52,984 nt of DNA from a virus (Duplodnaviria; Caudoviricetes). The position numbers were made by a program, and so were the translations under genes. Positions 9,118-18,435 of this stretch are shown in pieces. Within the stretch, counting starts at the first letter, position 1; the number at the start of each line of letters is the position of its first letter. The DNA lies in the IMG/VR virus record IMGVR_UViG_3300031885_000019, positions 1-52,984 of that record; one strand, written 5' to 3'. The notes under the pieces are model-generated. The model had not been told where the DNA came from and searched no databases. It saw nothing but the letters and a program-made list of their open reading frames with translations.

Positions 9118-10180
9118 CCGCCGTTTCCTCTGCCTTCTCGTTCGGATCCGGGCGCCACAGTAACGGCGCTTCTTGAATCATCCGAAGCAACTCCGGTCGT
9201 TCCGCTAGGACAGTAGAGAATTGTTTTCTCTGGAACTTGACGCCATCCAGCGCGTACCAGGATCCGGCCTGTGTGACGATTCCCAGGCGCTCCAGCAGGT
9301 CTAGTTGGCTGTTGCTGTCGTCCACGCCACCGAGGGCGTAGATGTCAAACAACCCTTGCTTTCCCTCCGGGGCGATGCTACTCTTCCTTATCTCCGCTCG
9401 CACCGTGATGCCGACCTGATCCTCGCCACTCTTGATGACGCCGGTGCTCGTGAAGTACACGAGCAGTGAGCCCCAGAAGACCAGGGCCCCTTCCCCGGCC
9501 ATCGTGTTGCGTTTCATAGCCTTCCGGCGCTCCCTACTCCGCGGGTCGCCGATGATGTCGAGGTGCTGCCGGAGCTGGTTCACGAGGATAAGGGCTATCC
9601 TGTGCTGGGCCAGCATCGGACCCAACCGTTGCATCTCACGGCTTATCGTCCTGGCAATGATGCCGGGCTGCGGCTGGTCGTCGATGGCGGCCTCCAACTG
9701 TTGCTTGGCGGGCAGCGCCGAGAGGGAATCCACGACGATGCACACCAGACGGGCAGGGTCTTCCTCTCGGACCCACTTTATGATCTCCTCGATGTCCTTA
9801 AAGCAGGCCTCTAAGGTTGTGGGCGTCGGCATGACCAGCCGGGTGGGGATGAGACCAAGGCGTTCGCCGCGGTCTCGGCTGTACCGATGCTCGGCGTCGA
9901 TGAGGATCGCCAACCCGTCTCGGCGCTGCGTTTCCGCCAGAATGTGGTAGGCGACGGTGGACTTCCCGGCCCCTTCCTTACCGTAGAACACGGTGACACG
10001 GCCGACGGGGATACCCGGTTGTCCGATGATGAAGTTCAACATCGCGCACTGGGTACTGATGAAGTCGGCTATGTCCGAACTGAGGGGCTGAGAAGCGAGC
10101 TTCAGCTCAAACTTGGCAGCAAGACGCTCCTCAAATGTGCCGGTCGCGTCCTCTGGCGGGGACGCCTTCCGTCGCGCCAT
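9110..10180 (-). CDS. recA: RecA/UvsX-like recombinase
   Basis: GIPVGRV..YGKEGAGKST, IDAEH, IVVDSL, LVNQLR. Confidence 0.92.
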   Translation of the reverse strand: MARRKASPPEDATGTFEERLAAKFELKLASQPLSSDIADFISTQCAMLNFIIGQPGIPVGRVTVFYGKEGAGKSTVAYHILAETQRRDGLAILIDAEHRYSRDRGERLGLIPTRLVMPTPTTLEACFKDIEEIIKWVREEDPARLVCIVVDSLSALPAKQQLEAAIDDQPQPGIIARTISREMQRLGPMLAQHRIALILVNQLRQHLDIIGDPRSRERRKAMKRNTMAGEGALVFWGSLLVYFTSTGVIKSGEDQVGITVRAEIRKSSIAPEGKQGLFDIYALGGVDDSNSQLDLLERLGIVTQAGSWYALDGVKFQRKQFSTVLAERPELLRMIQEAPLLWRPDPNEKAEETADA

Positions 10181-10308
10181 CTCTCTCCCTTCGTAGGCTG
10201 GGGTTCGCCGCCCCTATTGTTTCTGGTCTGCGGTAGGTGAGGCCTACACGCACGTGCAGCCTGGGCCAACCCACCCTTCCGTCCTCGGCCCCACCCACCG
10301 CGAGAACC

Positions 10309-11199
10309 CTATTCGGTCGCCGCTTGCGCTTTCCGCAACTTGGTTCTGAGCGACTCCCTGCTCGCCGCCTCTTCCGCGGTCGGGGCCTTCTTGGAAGCCG
10401 CCGCCGGTGGCGGTGCCGTCGTGGTTTCCTCCTCCGGCGGCACCTCAACGAACTCGCCTTCCACCGCCTCTTCGTCTGGCGGAGGTGGTAGTCCGGCACC
10501 CAACCGGGGGCGTGCCGCCGGTGCAGCCGCCGCCCCAAAGGGATCAGCAGGGCCCGCCAGGATTTCCAGCATCCGCGCTGCGGTCAGCACCTCGTAGTTT
10601 GCCACGAGGTCGTGCATGTTCTCCAGGAGTTCCGGTGCCTCAAGAGGCAACGCATCTGGAGCCAGGAGCACCTGATACCGGGTGTCCTGTACGCCTGTAC
10701 CCTTGCGCCGAATGAGCACCGGCCGCCCCGTGTCCGGGTCGGTGATGTCCCGTTCGTTTTCTGGCAACTCCTCGATGGCCTGGGTAAGGTCATCCAGAGT
10801 TGTTCTCGGACACGGCCAGATGCGAACAAGGTTTTCCTTTGGGGTGCCGTCGTCCTTCAGTTCGACGACGTTCATGGCCGCATACCAGCGCGGCCCCTTA
10901 CCGTCGCCTTGTTCCCTCGCCTGGGCACAGGCCGGGCAGGACTCGTCATACATCTTCCGCAGGCAGACAAACGGTGCCCGGTTCGCCCCGTAGAAGTGGA
11001 CGGCAACGGGGTAGTAGAACAGGGTCTTGCCTGTATCGGGGTTCGCGGGCAGGTCGTCCCTAGGCGGGAGGATCCTGATCCAGTTGTCTCCCCACTTGCC
11101 GCCGGGCCCCGACTGCGGCCTGAACAGCGGTGTGCTCTCCGCCAGGGCTTTGGCCGCCTCAACCGAGGCTTGTATGTCAGGCCTTCTCCATCCAGACAC
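10309..11199 (-). CDS. Single-stranded DNA-binding protein (T4 gp32-like)
   Basis: IRILPP, H...C...CPAC zinc site, DITDPDTGR, GTGVQDTRY, acidic low-complexity tail. Confidence 0.75.
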   Translation of the reverse strand: MSGWRRPDIQASVEAAKALAESTPLFRPQSGPGGKWGDNWIRILPPRDDLPANPDTGKTLFYYPVAVHFYGANRAPFVCLRKMYDESCPACAQAREQGDGKGPRWYAAMNVVELKDDGTPKENLVRIWPCPRTTLDDLTQAIEELPENERDITDPDTGRPVLIRRKGTGVQDTRYQVLLAPDALPLEAPELLENMHDLVANYEVLTAARMLEILAGPADPFGAAAAPAARPRLGAGLPPPPDEEAVEGEFVEVPPEEETTTAPPPAAASKKAPTAEEAASRESLRTKLRKAQAATE

Positions 11200-11200
11200 G

Positions 11201-11374
11201 TTAGCCCTCCACCTTCTTGAGGTAGTCCCTCACCAGTTCACCGGCACCGACGATGACGATGACCAGGAACGCCGTGGTGCTGGCACTGAAACCCAATGCC
11301 CCCACGGTCGTCGCCGCCTTCGCCAACGCACCGGCTAGGGCCGCCAGCCCTATGATAAGTGCGTACTTCTTCAC
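11201..11374 (-). CDS. Small membrane protein (57 aa), holin-like topology
   Basis: Manual translation MKKYALIIGLAALAG...FLVIVIVGAGELVRDYLKKVEG; two hydrophobic segments; RBS GAAGGGAGAG. Confidence 0.6.
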   Translation of the reverse strand: MKKYALIIGLAALAGALAKAATTVGALGFSASTTAFLVIVIVGAGELVRDYLKKVEG

Positions 11375-11394
11375 TACTGTTCTCTCCCTTCAGA

Positions 11395-11682
11395 CTATTG
11401 CCAAACCAGGATTGCTACACTGGTGGTTAAGGCACAAACCGCAGCCACCAGATTGACCGCCGTCAAGATGCAGGAATGGGCGCTCAGGCCGGTGCCCGCG
11501 AGTCCTAAGCAACCGATGAACAAGGCGATGAAGGCGGGGAGGCTGAGGCCGGACACATTGTGGTGGACAAAGACAGTTACAGCCTGGACTCCGTAGAAGA
11601 CCAGGAGTCCGCCGATACCAGCGATGTTTGCCGTAGCCCCAAGGATTTGGGGAAGTCGCCGCCTTCTCATTTCCATTTTCAT
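11395..11682 (-). CDS. PQ-loop/SemiSWEET-like three-helix membrane protein
   Basis: Three hydrophobic helices with GVQ...NVSGLSL loop and a late Asn. Confidence 0.55.
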   Translation of the reverse strand: MKMEMRRRRLPQILGATANIAGIGGLLVFYGVQAVTVFVHHNVSGLSLPAFIALFIGCLGLAGTGLSAHSCILTAVNLVAAVCALTTSVAILVWQ

Positions 11683-11691
11683 TCTGCCAGA

Positions 11692-12666
11692 TCACCCTAC
11701 ATAATTGTCAAGGGCTTCCTTGATCGTGCCTTCCAGAATCCCAGGTGGTGCATCACTGGGGTCCGTGCCCTCCGGCAATCTGGCTTCGGTATGCGGGATC
11801 CCATGAGACCACAGGGACTTGTGTATCTGGCCGCTGGCACTACGTCCGGCCTTGTCGCCATCCATCAAAATCACAAAGGGACGCCACCCCACCGGCAGGC
11901 GTCCAAGAAGTGTTATCTGTTGCGCCGACATCTGGCTGCCCAGGATGGCGACTGCGCAGTTGGGCATCCTCAACGCATCAAAGACACCCTCTGTGATGAT
12001 GAGGGGCCGCGGATGTTGCAAACGCTCCAGCCGGTCGAGGTTGAACACCACATCGCTCCGGCGACTGCCCTTTGGGTAGAGCACCTTGGGCTCAACCGCC
12101 GGGTCTAGGGCGCGGGCGACGAAGGTGTAGAGCCGTTTGCGGTACGTGACTGGGATGATGATACGTTTGGTGTATGGTCCATCCGTGCAGTAGCCGATCT
12201 GGTATGACATCGCACGGGCGTAAGGGACATGGCGCTTGTCAAGGTAGAAGATGATGTCGGCACCGATTTCTGGATCCAGTATGCTGATGGGTTTGTAGTC
12301 TAGTGGTAACTCCACCCCCGGCACCGGAGCGGGGATGTTGCCGCCGAACCGGAACCGCGGCTCGGTGCGGAACCGCACCTTGCGCCGGGCCTCGAACGCC
12401 TCCGTGGGCTCCATTCCCAGGGCCCGGTGGAAGAAGTCAAACAGGTCGCCCCTCTCCTGGCACCGAAAGCATATCCACACCCCGGTCTCCGCCTCGATGT
12501 AGAGGCGACTGCGGTCGTCACCGCAGAGCGGGCAGGGGATCCTAACCTCGGTGCCGTCCTCCACCAACTCGGCCTCGATGCCGCCGTCGATGAGGAACTC
12601 TATCAGGGCGTCGGGATCGATCATACTGTCCTCCGTCCACCACACCGGGGACACAGCTTGCTCCAC
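11692..12666 (-). CDS. dnaG: DNA primase (zinc finger + TOPRIM)
   Basis: CPLC...CFRC, RIIIP, EGVFDAL, MDGDKAG, DPSD. Confidence 0.92.
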   Translation of the reverse strand: MEQAVSPVWWTEDSMIDPDALIEFLIDGGIEAELVEDGTEVRIPCPLCGDDRSRLYIEAETGVWICFRCQERGDLFDFFHRALGMEPTEAFEARRKVRFRTEPRFRFGGNIPAPVPGVELPLDYKPISILDPEIGADIIFYLDKRHVPYARAMSYQIGYCTDGPYTKRIIIPVTYRKRLYTFVARALDPAVEPKVLYPKGSRRSDVVFNLDRLERLQHPRPLIITEGVFDALRMPNCAVAILGSQMSAQQITLLGRLPVGWRPFVILMDGDKAGRSASGQIHKSLWSHGIPHTEARLPEGTDPSDAPPGILEGTIKEALDNYVG

Positions 12667-12750
12667 TTCTCCTTTAGAAGGACAGCCAAGAATCCCTCCA
12701 ATCCAGCCTTCCAGACGTAGCCAATGCCGTTACATCTTGGACAGGGCATC

Positions 12751-13143
12751 TCATCCTCGCTTTTCGTCCATCCGCCTTGGGGGAAGTGCGCCGTCGTCAT
12801 ACATGCGCTGTAGGGCCTCGTCCAAAATCTCCTTGGTCAGTTCCTCCGCTACCCTCGCCTCTTCCCCCGCCTCTTCCAGGACGAGGTGCGCGGGAAACTG
12901 TGTCATTTCCATTGATCGTGTGATGGTCCGAAGCATTCTTCGCTGAGAGTGGGCTACTCTTGGATCAATCAGGTACTTGTGTACTCCTACGGCTTCTCTC
13001 CAGAGACGGCGCCACTTCATCGCCGCCCGCATGCGTCGCCGGTGCCTCCATCGGAGTGGCATGTGGTGGAACATCCACCCCTTTAGGACTTCCTTCTTCT
13101 CCCACAGCCAACAGCGGAAACAGGTATGTTCGCAGTCGCTCAT
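12751..13143 (-). CDS. Hypothetical protein
   Basis: ATGA overlap with the helicase stop; RBS GGAGGGGAAG. Confidence 0.55.
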   Translation of the reverse strand: MSDCEHTCFRCWLWEKKEVLKGWMFHHMPLRWRHRRRMRAAMKWRRLWREAVGVHKYLIDPRVAHSQRRMLRTITRSMEMTQFPAHLVLEEAGEEARVAEELTKEILDEALQRMYDDGALPPRRMDEKRG

Positions 13144-14495
13144 GGTTCTTCCCCTCCTACCAGCACAGGTAGGCCGTGTGTCGTTTGTACTTCGAGCGCC
13201 GGGAACCCATTGTCCCCCCGCCCGAAACTGGCGACACAGCGCAACCAGCCCCCCGTACAGCCGTGATGTGTGTCCTTGAGTACAAAAACATTCATCCAAG
13301 GCCCCTCTACATCGTCCCGTTCCTGGTCTGTCTGAGCCAGGCCCAAGACAAAGTGTGCCTTCTGCGCCTTGGCGAAGGACGCCCCCACATGCTTGAGACT
13401 TATGCGGGCCTTGTCCACCGCCTCTCTTGTGGCTTGGCCGGTGGTCCAGATGGGTACTTCCCTCCCCTGTGCTACCTCGCCGCGAAGGGTACTGAAGATC
13501 TCCCGTAGCTCTTCCCATCCCGCTTTCCTCTGGCGCTCCGGCACAAGTTCATCCGCCGAGTCCAACACCACCAACCCCGGAGGCCCGCCCGTTTCGGCGA
13601 TGTACTGGTCGATGTCGTGGATGAGGTCACGTATGGTCATCAGGCCCGTCCGCACGTCGATGTCAGCGGTCGGGGGCGCGTTCATGTGCCGTCCTTTGCT
13701 GGCCCGGAGTAGTTCCGTCTGCCATAAGGTGGCGTTCAGAGGCTCATTGCGCCCCCACTTCAGCGACCGGGCACCCTTCTGGAGGATTCCCGTCACGGCA
13801 CGGCGGAGGATCTGGTTGGGCGTCAGCTCGAAGGTATAGTAGAGACAACTACGCGACTTCCAGAACGCCTCCACTGCCAAGGCGACGGCCATCATGCTCT
13901 TGCCTGTGCCGGTCGGCCCCAGTATGATCCCCAATTCGCCGGGGTGGATTCCGCCTTCCCAGAGTTTGTCCAGATCGTAGAGGCCGGTGGGGATAGCGCC
14001 GCCAGAGAACCCGTGTGGCGGCTGGCCTATGAACGCAGAGAGCCGCACGTTCTCTTCGGTGTCCACGGTGCTGGATAGGGCTGTGCTTAGTTTCTCCCTG
14101 GCCTTCTCCACGTCGCCCCGATCTAGGGCGGCGCCCGCCTGCTCGACGTAGGCACCCATCGAATACTGTTCTAGCCATGCCGTACACACCTCACGGATGT
14201 AGGGCAGGGCGGATTCGTCTGGGGCATAGGAATCGAGGTCCAGGTACAGGCGGATGACCGCTTCCTCCGTCGCCCGCATCTTCCGGAGTTGGGTGCACTC
14301 TACTTCTAGGGCCTGGTTCAGGACCGAGGACGTGACTGTGTTGCGGTACTTGGCCCACTGCCGGAGGGCGAGGTCAGCTAGAAACTTCATTGGTCCTGGC
14401 GGGAACACCACAGGCTCTAGGTTCTTGTGGGCCCGGAGAAACTCCTCGTCGTGCAGTAGGAGGTAGACAGTGCGGTAGGCTACGTCGTCAGTCAT
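13140..14495 (-). CDS. dnaB: Replicative SF4 helicase
   Basis: IPTG...LD, GPTGTGKS, YTFE, VVLDSAD, WTTGQ; next to primase. Confidence 0.9.
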   Translation of the reverse strand: MTDDVAYRTVYLLLHDEEFLRAHKNLEPVVFPPGPMKFLADLALRQWAKYRNTVTSSVLNQALEVECTQLRKMRATEEAVIRLYLDLDSYAPDESALPYIREVCTAWLEQYSMGAYVEQAGAALDRGDVEKAREKLSTALSSTVDTEENVRLSAFIGQPPHGFSGGAIPTGLYDLDKLWEGGIHPGELGIILGPTGTGKSMMAVALAVEAFWKSRSCLYYTFELTPNQILRRAVTGILQKGARSLKWGRNEPLNATLWQTELLRASKGRHMNAPPTADIDVRTGLMTIRDLIHDIDQYIAETGGPPGLVVLDSADELVPERQRKAGWEELREIFSTLRGEVAQGREVPIWTTGQATREAVDKARISLKHVGASFAKAQKAHFVLGLAQTDQERDDVEGPWMNVFVLKDTHHGCTGGWLRCVASFGRGDNGFPALEVQTTHGLPVLVGGEEP

Positions 14496-14643
14496 CTGGG
14501 TTCTCTACCTCGCAGGTCTCGACGTGCGCCTCCAGGCACCCGTCCGAGCAGCAGTAGGCCCCACAGTGCGGACAGTTGAGATCGGTGGTGCAGTCCGCAG
14601 CGCACCAGGCGCAGATCTCAGTCTCGTCGTCCTCAGCCATCAT
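14488..14643 (-). CDS. Small Cys-rich zinc-finger protein
   Basis: CAWC...CPHC...CCSDGC...H...C in 51 aa; ATGA overlap with the upstream stop. Confidence 0.6.
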   Translation of the reverse strand: MMAEDDETEICAWCAADCTTDLNCPHCGAYCCSDGCLEAHVETCEVENPDD

Positions 14644-14852
14644 GCTTCCTCGCTCCACGGTGCGCCGGTCAACAGGCATTGGGCCAGGGCCCCGGCATGG
14701 CGGCGACAGAGTGCCACAACCCACCCACCAACACCCGTTGGCCCAATTAGAATAAAGGCGGGAACCGGGTGTGCATTCGGGGCGTCGTATTCGCAGAGTT
14801 GACAACTGGAATCCGGCCTGTGGTCTACTTCAATCCGCGCTTTGTTCATCAT
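14640..14852 (-). CDS. Small zinc-finger protein
   Basis: CQLC...LCRRH. Confidence 0.6.
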   Translation of the reverse strand: MMNKARIEVDHRPDSSCQLCEYDAPNAHPVPAFILIGPTGVGGWVVALCRRHAGALAQCLLTGAPWSEEA

Positions 14853-15193
14853 CGAAGAGCCACCTCCAACTCTGGTATCTTAGACGCGAACAGGCGCATC
14901 GTATGTGTATACCTTTCCTGGAGGGGGGTACTCTCCCACAACCAGAAGAACTCGGCCAGCTCCTTCAGCCGGGCCTCTCCGTGCTTGAGAAGCAACCGCT
15001 TCACTATCCCGGCATCCTCGGCATCGAAGGGAGGGCAGGAGGCGCGGCACTCTATCCCGCGCTGGCGGAACCAGTGCAGAAACTCGCCGACCGTGTTGAC
15101 CGGCGCCGCCTCACTCCCAAGGGTCGGGCGGTACTCGGATCTCCGGACGTACACGGAATACCTTCGGTGGCCGTCCGTCAGTGTCGTCCGCAT
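14849..15193 (-). CDS. Hypothetical protein
   Basis: RBS GGAGGGAG before ATG 15193; the longer track version overlaps the HNH gene. Confidence 0.6.
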   Translation of the reverse strand: MRTTLTDGHRRYSVYVRRSEYRPTLGSEAAPVNTVGEFLHWFRQRGIECRASCPPFDAEDAGIVKRLLLKHGEARLKELAEFFWLWESTPLQERYTHTMRLFASKIPELEVALR

Positions 15194-15623
15194 CTTTCTC
15201 CCTCCGCCTTTGGGCATAGTGCTCCCGCAGATGCTTGGCTCGCGTTCTCCACGCCAGGTTGGTATCGCAGTTATGCGCCTTATTCCAGTCTTTGTGGTGG
15301 GTAATCTGGTGCGGGTCTTTCCACCGAGCTTCTGGCATCTGTGGCAACCACGCCGCCACCACCAGCCGTTGTAGGGCAATAAAGAGACTCTTCGGCCGGG
15401 GTCTATCGGTGTTCCGCAACCTATCGCCGTTGCCCGGTGGCATATAGACGTAGAGGTGTCCGTCGGGTCTCCGTACAGGTTTGATGATCCGCCCAACATA
15501 AGTACCCTTGCCTACCGTGTCCCGCCGCACCCGACCGAGGTTGGAGACAACGTAATCCGGCACGCCCGGTATCCGTTTGAACTCCTCATCTCGCTGGCAG
15601 CAGGGGCCGAAACTTTCCGGCAA
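15111..15623 (-). CDS. NUMOD4-HNH homing endonuclease
   Basis: KRIPGVPDYVVSNLGRVR (NUMOD4) and HHKDWNKAHNCDTNL (HNH). Confidence 0.85.
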   Translation of the reverse strand: MPESFGPCCQRDEEFKRIPGVPDYVVSNLGRVRRDTVGKGTYVGRIIKPVRRPDGHLYVYMPPGNGDRLRNTDRPRPKSLFIALQRLVVAAWLPQMPEARWKDPHQITHHKDWNKAHNCDTNLAWRTRAKHLREHYAQRRREKDADDTDGRPPKVFRVRPEIRVPPDPWE

Positions 15624-15787
15624 AGGTTCTCTCCCTTTATTACGTGTGACGTACTCTATTCTTAATGCCAGGGGTACAGGTCACCAGCATTAGTAGGGAG
15701 GCACCTTCTAGCCCCAGCCTTCTAAGCCTAACCCTATTAGGGATACGAAGCTGACACCATAAGGGCATACCCCTTCTCCTCAGTTCT

Positions 15788-15816
15788 AGTCTACCCTTAT
15801 TAGGAATGGCTGTCAA
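15788..15816 (-). promoter_or_regulatory. Sigma70-type promoter for the replication operon
   Basis: TTGACA-17 nt-TAGACT in the long intergenic gap upstream of the replication genes. Confidence 0.7.
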
Positions 15817-15850
15817 CTCCTAACAATGCAACGGTGCGCTTTCGGATAGG

Positions 15851-16069
15851 CTAATTCTTGTGATCATTATTAGGGATGCCCCCTTCTGGTGGCTCCACGC
15901 CCAGCGCCACCGCAACGCCGCAAGCATCACAGGACAAGTAGTGTCTGGCATCCCCCAACGACTCGTCCCACAAGTGCCAGCCGCGCACGCAAAACACCTT
16001 GCGCCATAGGAACCGGCTGAGACGGTTGTCCAAGAGGCCGATGTAGGTGTAGCCGTGGTAGGGCATCAC
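15851..16069 (-). CDS. Small zinc-finger protein
   Basis: FC..GWH...CDAC. Confidence 0.55.
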   Translation of the reverse strand: MMPYHGYTYIGLLDNRLSRFLWRKVFCVRGWHLWDESLGDARHYLSCDACGVAVALGVEPPEGGIPNNDHKN

Positions 16070-16278
16070 GCGCCCCCTTCAGGCGGCTTGCCCAGGGGTG
16101 GCTCCTCTCCAACTAGGCGCTCGCCGTGCCCGAACTGTGTGTAGAAATCATCTCGGCAGGATACACTTCCCGGAGAGGTCGCATACCCACAGTCCGCAGA
16201 GTAAAGACAGCGAGCCCGCCTCGTCCTTGCATCAAAGTCAAGACTGAACCTGTGGTATTGGGGACACTCAGCCATCAC
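16066..16278 (-). CDS. Small Cys-containing protein
   Basis: GTGA overlap; ECP...C....CGY. Confidence 0.5.
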   Translation of the reverse strand: MMAECPQYHRFSLDFDARTRRARCLYSADCGYATSPGSVSCRDDFYTQFGHGERLVGEEPPLGKPPEGGA

Positions 16279-16553
16279 GCGCCCCCTTCTACCGGCTCCG
16301 CTGGCTGCGGGGAGAGGAGGGCACGGGCGGCCTTGCAGGGAGGGCACCAGTCTTCCTTGATGGTGATCAGGTAGTCTTTCAGGGTTTCACAGGTAGTGAA
16401 GTCCTCGGACGCCGTCCCCGTGTACTTCCTCTTCCAACACGGACACTGGGCAAGCCCTCGGAGCAGCGCCGCGTTCTCAGCGCGGAGGGCCAGTACCTCG
16501 TCCTGCTGGGCTTCTAGCTCTGCGATATGTCGAGCGCCACGATACGTCATCAT
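16275..16553 (-). CDS. Hypothetical protein
   Basis: Tight overlap chain; coiled coil plus Cys motifs. Confidence 0.55.
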   Translation of the reverse strand: MMTYRGARHIAELEAQQDEVLALRAENAALLRGLAQCPCWKRKYTGTASEDFTTCETLKDYLITIKEDWCPPCKAARALLSPQPAEPVEGGA

Positions 16554-16831
16554 TCCCCCTTTGCCTCGGTCGCACGGCGCAGGTACTTCTCCCCAAGGGC
16601 CTCATCCACCTTGTCAAGGATTACAAACTCTGCCAGACTATCGAGGGGCTGGTTCTTAACGTAGGTTCTGATCCAGCGCAACGCCAACTCCATCGCGTCA
16701 AGGTCGGCGAGGAGGAGCCGTATCCCTTCGGCTAGTATCCTTGCTACGTGGCCCTCCTCGACGCCATCTACTACCCTGCGAGCAAGGTTCCGTATCGCCT
16801 CCCGCGCTTCCTTAGTCAGCGGCTTGTGCAC
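16550..16831 (-). CDS. Hypothetical protein
   Basis: Tight overlap chain; RBS GAAGGAGG. Confidence 0.6.
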   Translation of the reverse strand: MHKPLTKEAREAIRNLARRVVDGVEEGHVARILAEGIRLLLADLDAMELALRWIRTYVKNQPLDSLAEFVILDKVDEALGEKYLRRATEAKGE

Positions 16832-17099
16832 GGCTGGCCTCCTTCAAGAAGCGGGCACGCAGGGCCTTCCGGCACAACCGCTTCCCGCTATAACAGATAC
16901 ATGGTCGCAGCCCCAGAACGGTGTCGCTCGTGCATCCATCGGCCTTCACGCCCGCATCGAACGCCGCCAGCGCGAGGCGGTCGGCGGCAGCCATCACTGA
17001 CTCCGCAGATGGCAGAGCGTAGCCGGGCAGACGCACAAGTGATTGCAGTTGCTTCCTCAGCGCCCCCCGCGCTTCGTCGATTGCGTCAGGGTAGGTCAT
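16812..17099 (-). CDS. Hypothetical protein
   Basis: ATGA overlap. Confidence 0.55.
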   Translation of the reverse strand: MTYPDAIDEARGALRKQLQSLVRLPGYALPSAESVMAAADRLALAAFDAGVKADGCTSDTVLGLRPCICYSGKRLCRKALRARFLKEASRAQAAD

Positions 17100-17359
17100 G
17101 GGTACACATCTCCATTTTCTTCAATTTTCTGCTGCTCGTAGGGGACCACGACACGGCGGTACAGCTCATCGTGTACGTCGTGGAGGACGCCACGGATGGC
17201 GCTCAGGGTGGCGTAGTTCTTGCCGTGGCGGTTCAGGTAACTGAGGCAGAGGCGGGTGATCGTGTAGTTTAGTTCGCCCGACGTGGCACAGAACTCACCG
17301 AGCCGGGCGGCGCCCTGTTTGTCCAGCTCGTACCGTCGTGTCTTTTCAATGTAGGGCAT
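17096..17359 (-). CDS. Conserved phage protein (DUF6899-like)
   Basis: MPYI, GELNY.IT, ELYRRVV.PYE..KI.ENGDV. Confidence 0.7.
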   Translation of the reverse strand: MPYIEKTRRYELDKQGAARLGEFCATSGELNYTITRLCLSYLNRHGKNYATLSAIRGVLHDVHDELYRRVVVPYEQQKIEENGDVYP

Positions 17360-17368
17360 GATCTCCTC

Positions 17369-17737
17369 CTATGCCAATGGGATTGGTTTGGCCTCGCACT
17401 TTTCCTTGGGAGGCGCACCGGCGCTGACCAGTTCGTGCCTGGCGGGGGAGGCCGGGATGGTGCGGTAGTAGTTGGCCTGCCTGGTCGCCGGGTTGTAGTC
17501 AACGTAGTCGTAGGCCTTCTGGTGGGCCGGACAGTAGTAGAGCAACCTTATATGCTCCTCGCTCCACCGCCCCACCGCCACCCAATGGATGGCTATTGTC
17601 ACAACCTGAACCTCTTGGGTGTCTTTCTTGTAGAGGAGGTGCTTGCAGTCCTGGCAGGTGACGATGCGCTCCTCCAAGGGAGGCGGGAGAAGAGTTACTT
17701 CTCTATCCTTCAGGGGCGTGGGTTTCCTTCCAAACAT
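17369..17737 (-). CDS. Zinc-finger hypothetical protein
   Basis: CQDC...YCPAH; RBS GGAGGAG. Confidence 0.6.
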   Translation of the reverse strand: MFGRKPTPLKDREVTLLPPPLEERIVTCQDCKHLLYKKDTQEVQVVTIAIHWVAVGRWSEEHIRLLYYCPAHQKAYDYVDYNPATRQANYYRTIPASPARHELVSAGAPPKEKCEAKPIPLA

Positions 17738-17747
17738 GGTTCTCCTC

Positions 17748-17954
17748 CTAGTGCATGATGAAGTGAGCTGGGCTGGATGGGACCGGGATGCGTTTGGCCG
17801 GGGCCCGACAGAGCACAACTGTCGGCTTTCTCTTTCGGTATCCCCGTGACGCTAGCTTACCAGGGCACTCCTGGTACTCGCCCATAAGGGCGATGGGTAC
17901 GATCTTGTCGAACTTGTGACCCCGCGGACATTCGTATTCAAATATTGGACACAC
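17748..17954 (-). CDS. FmdB-family zinc ribbon protein
   Basis: PIFEYECPRGHKFD...ECP...C...RIP. Confidence 0.7.
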   Translation of the reverse strand: MCPIFEYECPRGHKFDKIVPIALMGEYQECPGKLASRGYRKRKPTVVLCRAPAKRIPVPSSPAHFIMH

Positions 17955-17957
17955 GGT

Positions 17958-18410
17958 TCACTTCTCCTTCGCGGCTCGCCGCCTCTCGCGGGCGAGTTTG
18001 GCTGCACAGTCTCGGCAGGCGCCGCCACCGTTCTTGCGAAGATAGGTCCGTTTCTCTAGCCGCGGGTGTCCCTTTCGGCAGGTGGCGAGACGTGTCTGCC
18101 GGTCTGCCCAGGCATCCACGTTCACCGCCAGTGCTTCTTGCGCCTTCATACTGTAGGGGGCGAGTTGGGGCAGCAGAACATTTAGATCGGCCAGCCGGTG
18201 AACGCACCATACCCAGAGGGGCATCTTCCCCAGGCGACTGTGGCCTGCATAGACAACCCGGCCGGTGCCCACCGCCCGCAGTAGGGCGGAGATGATCTCA
18301 ATATTGCCGTTGACTACCTTGATCATACAGTGGCGGGTGTTTGCATTCCTCTGGAGATTCCCTTCGGCATCAAGAAAGGCCCCAACATAGGCGGCCTCGG
18401 CCGGTGTCAT
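17958..18410 (-). CDS. Free-standing single-motif LAGLIDADG endonuclease
   Basis: AAYVGAFLDAEG, LAPYS..K, C-terminal CRKGH...CRDC. Start may be as far up as 18461. Confidence 0.75.
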   Translation of the reverse strand: MTPAEAAYVGAFLDAEGNLQRNANTRHCMIKVVNGNIEIISALLRAVGTGRVVYAGHSRLGKMPLWVWCVHRLADLNVLLPQLAPYSMKAQEALAVNVDAWADRQTRLATCRKGHPRLEKRTYLRKNGGGACRDCAAKLARERRRAAKEK

Positions 18411-18435
18411 TGGCCTAACCCTGGGGGTTTGGAGT

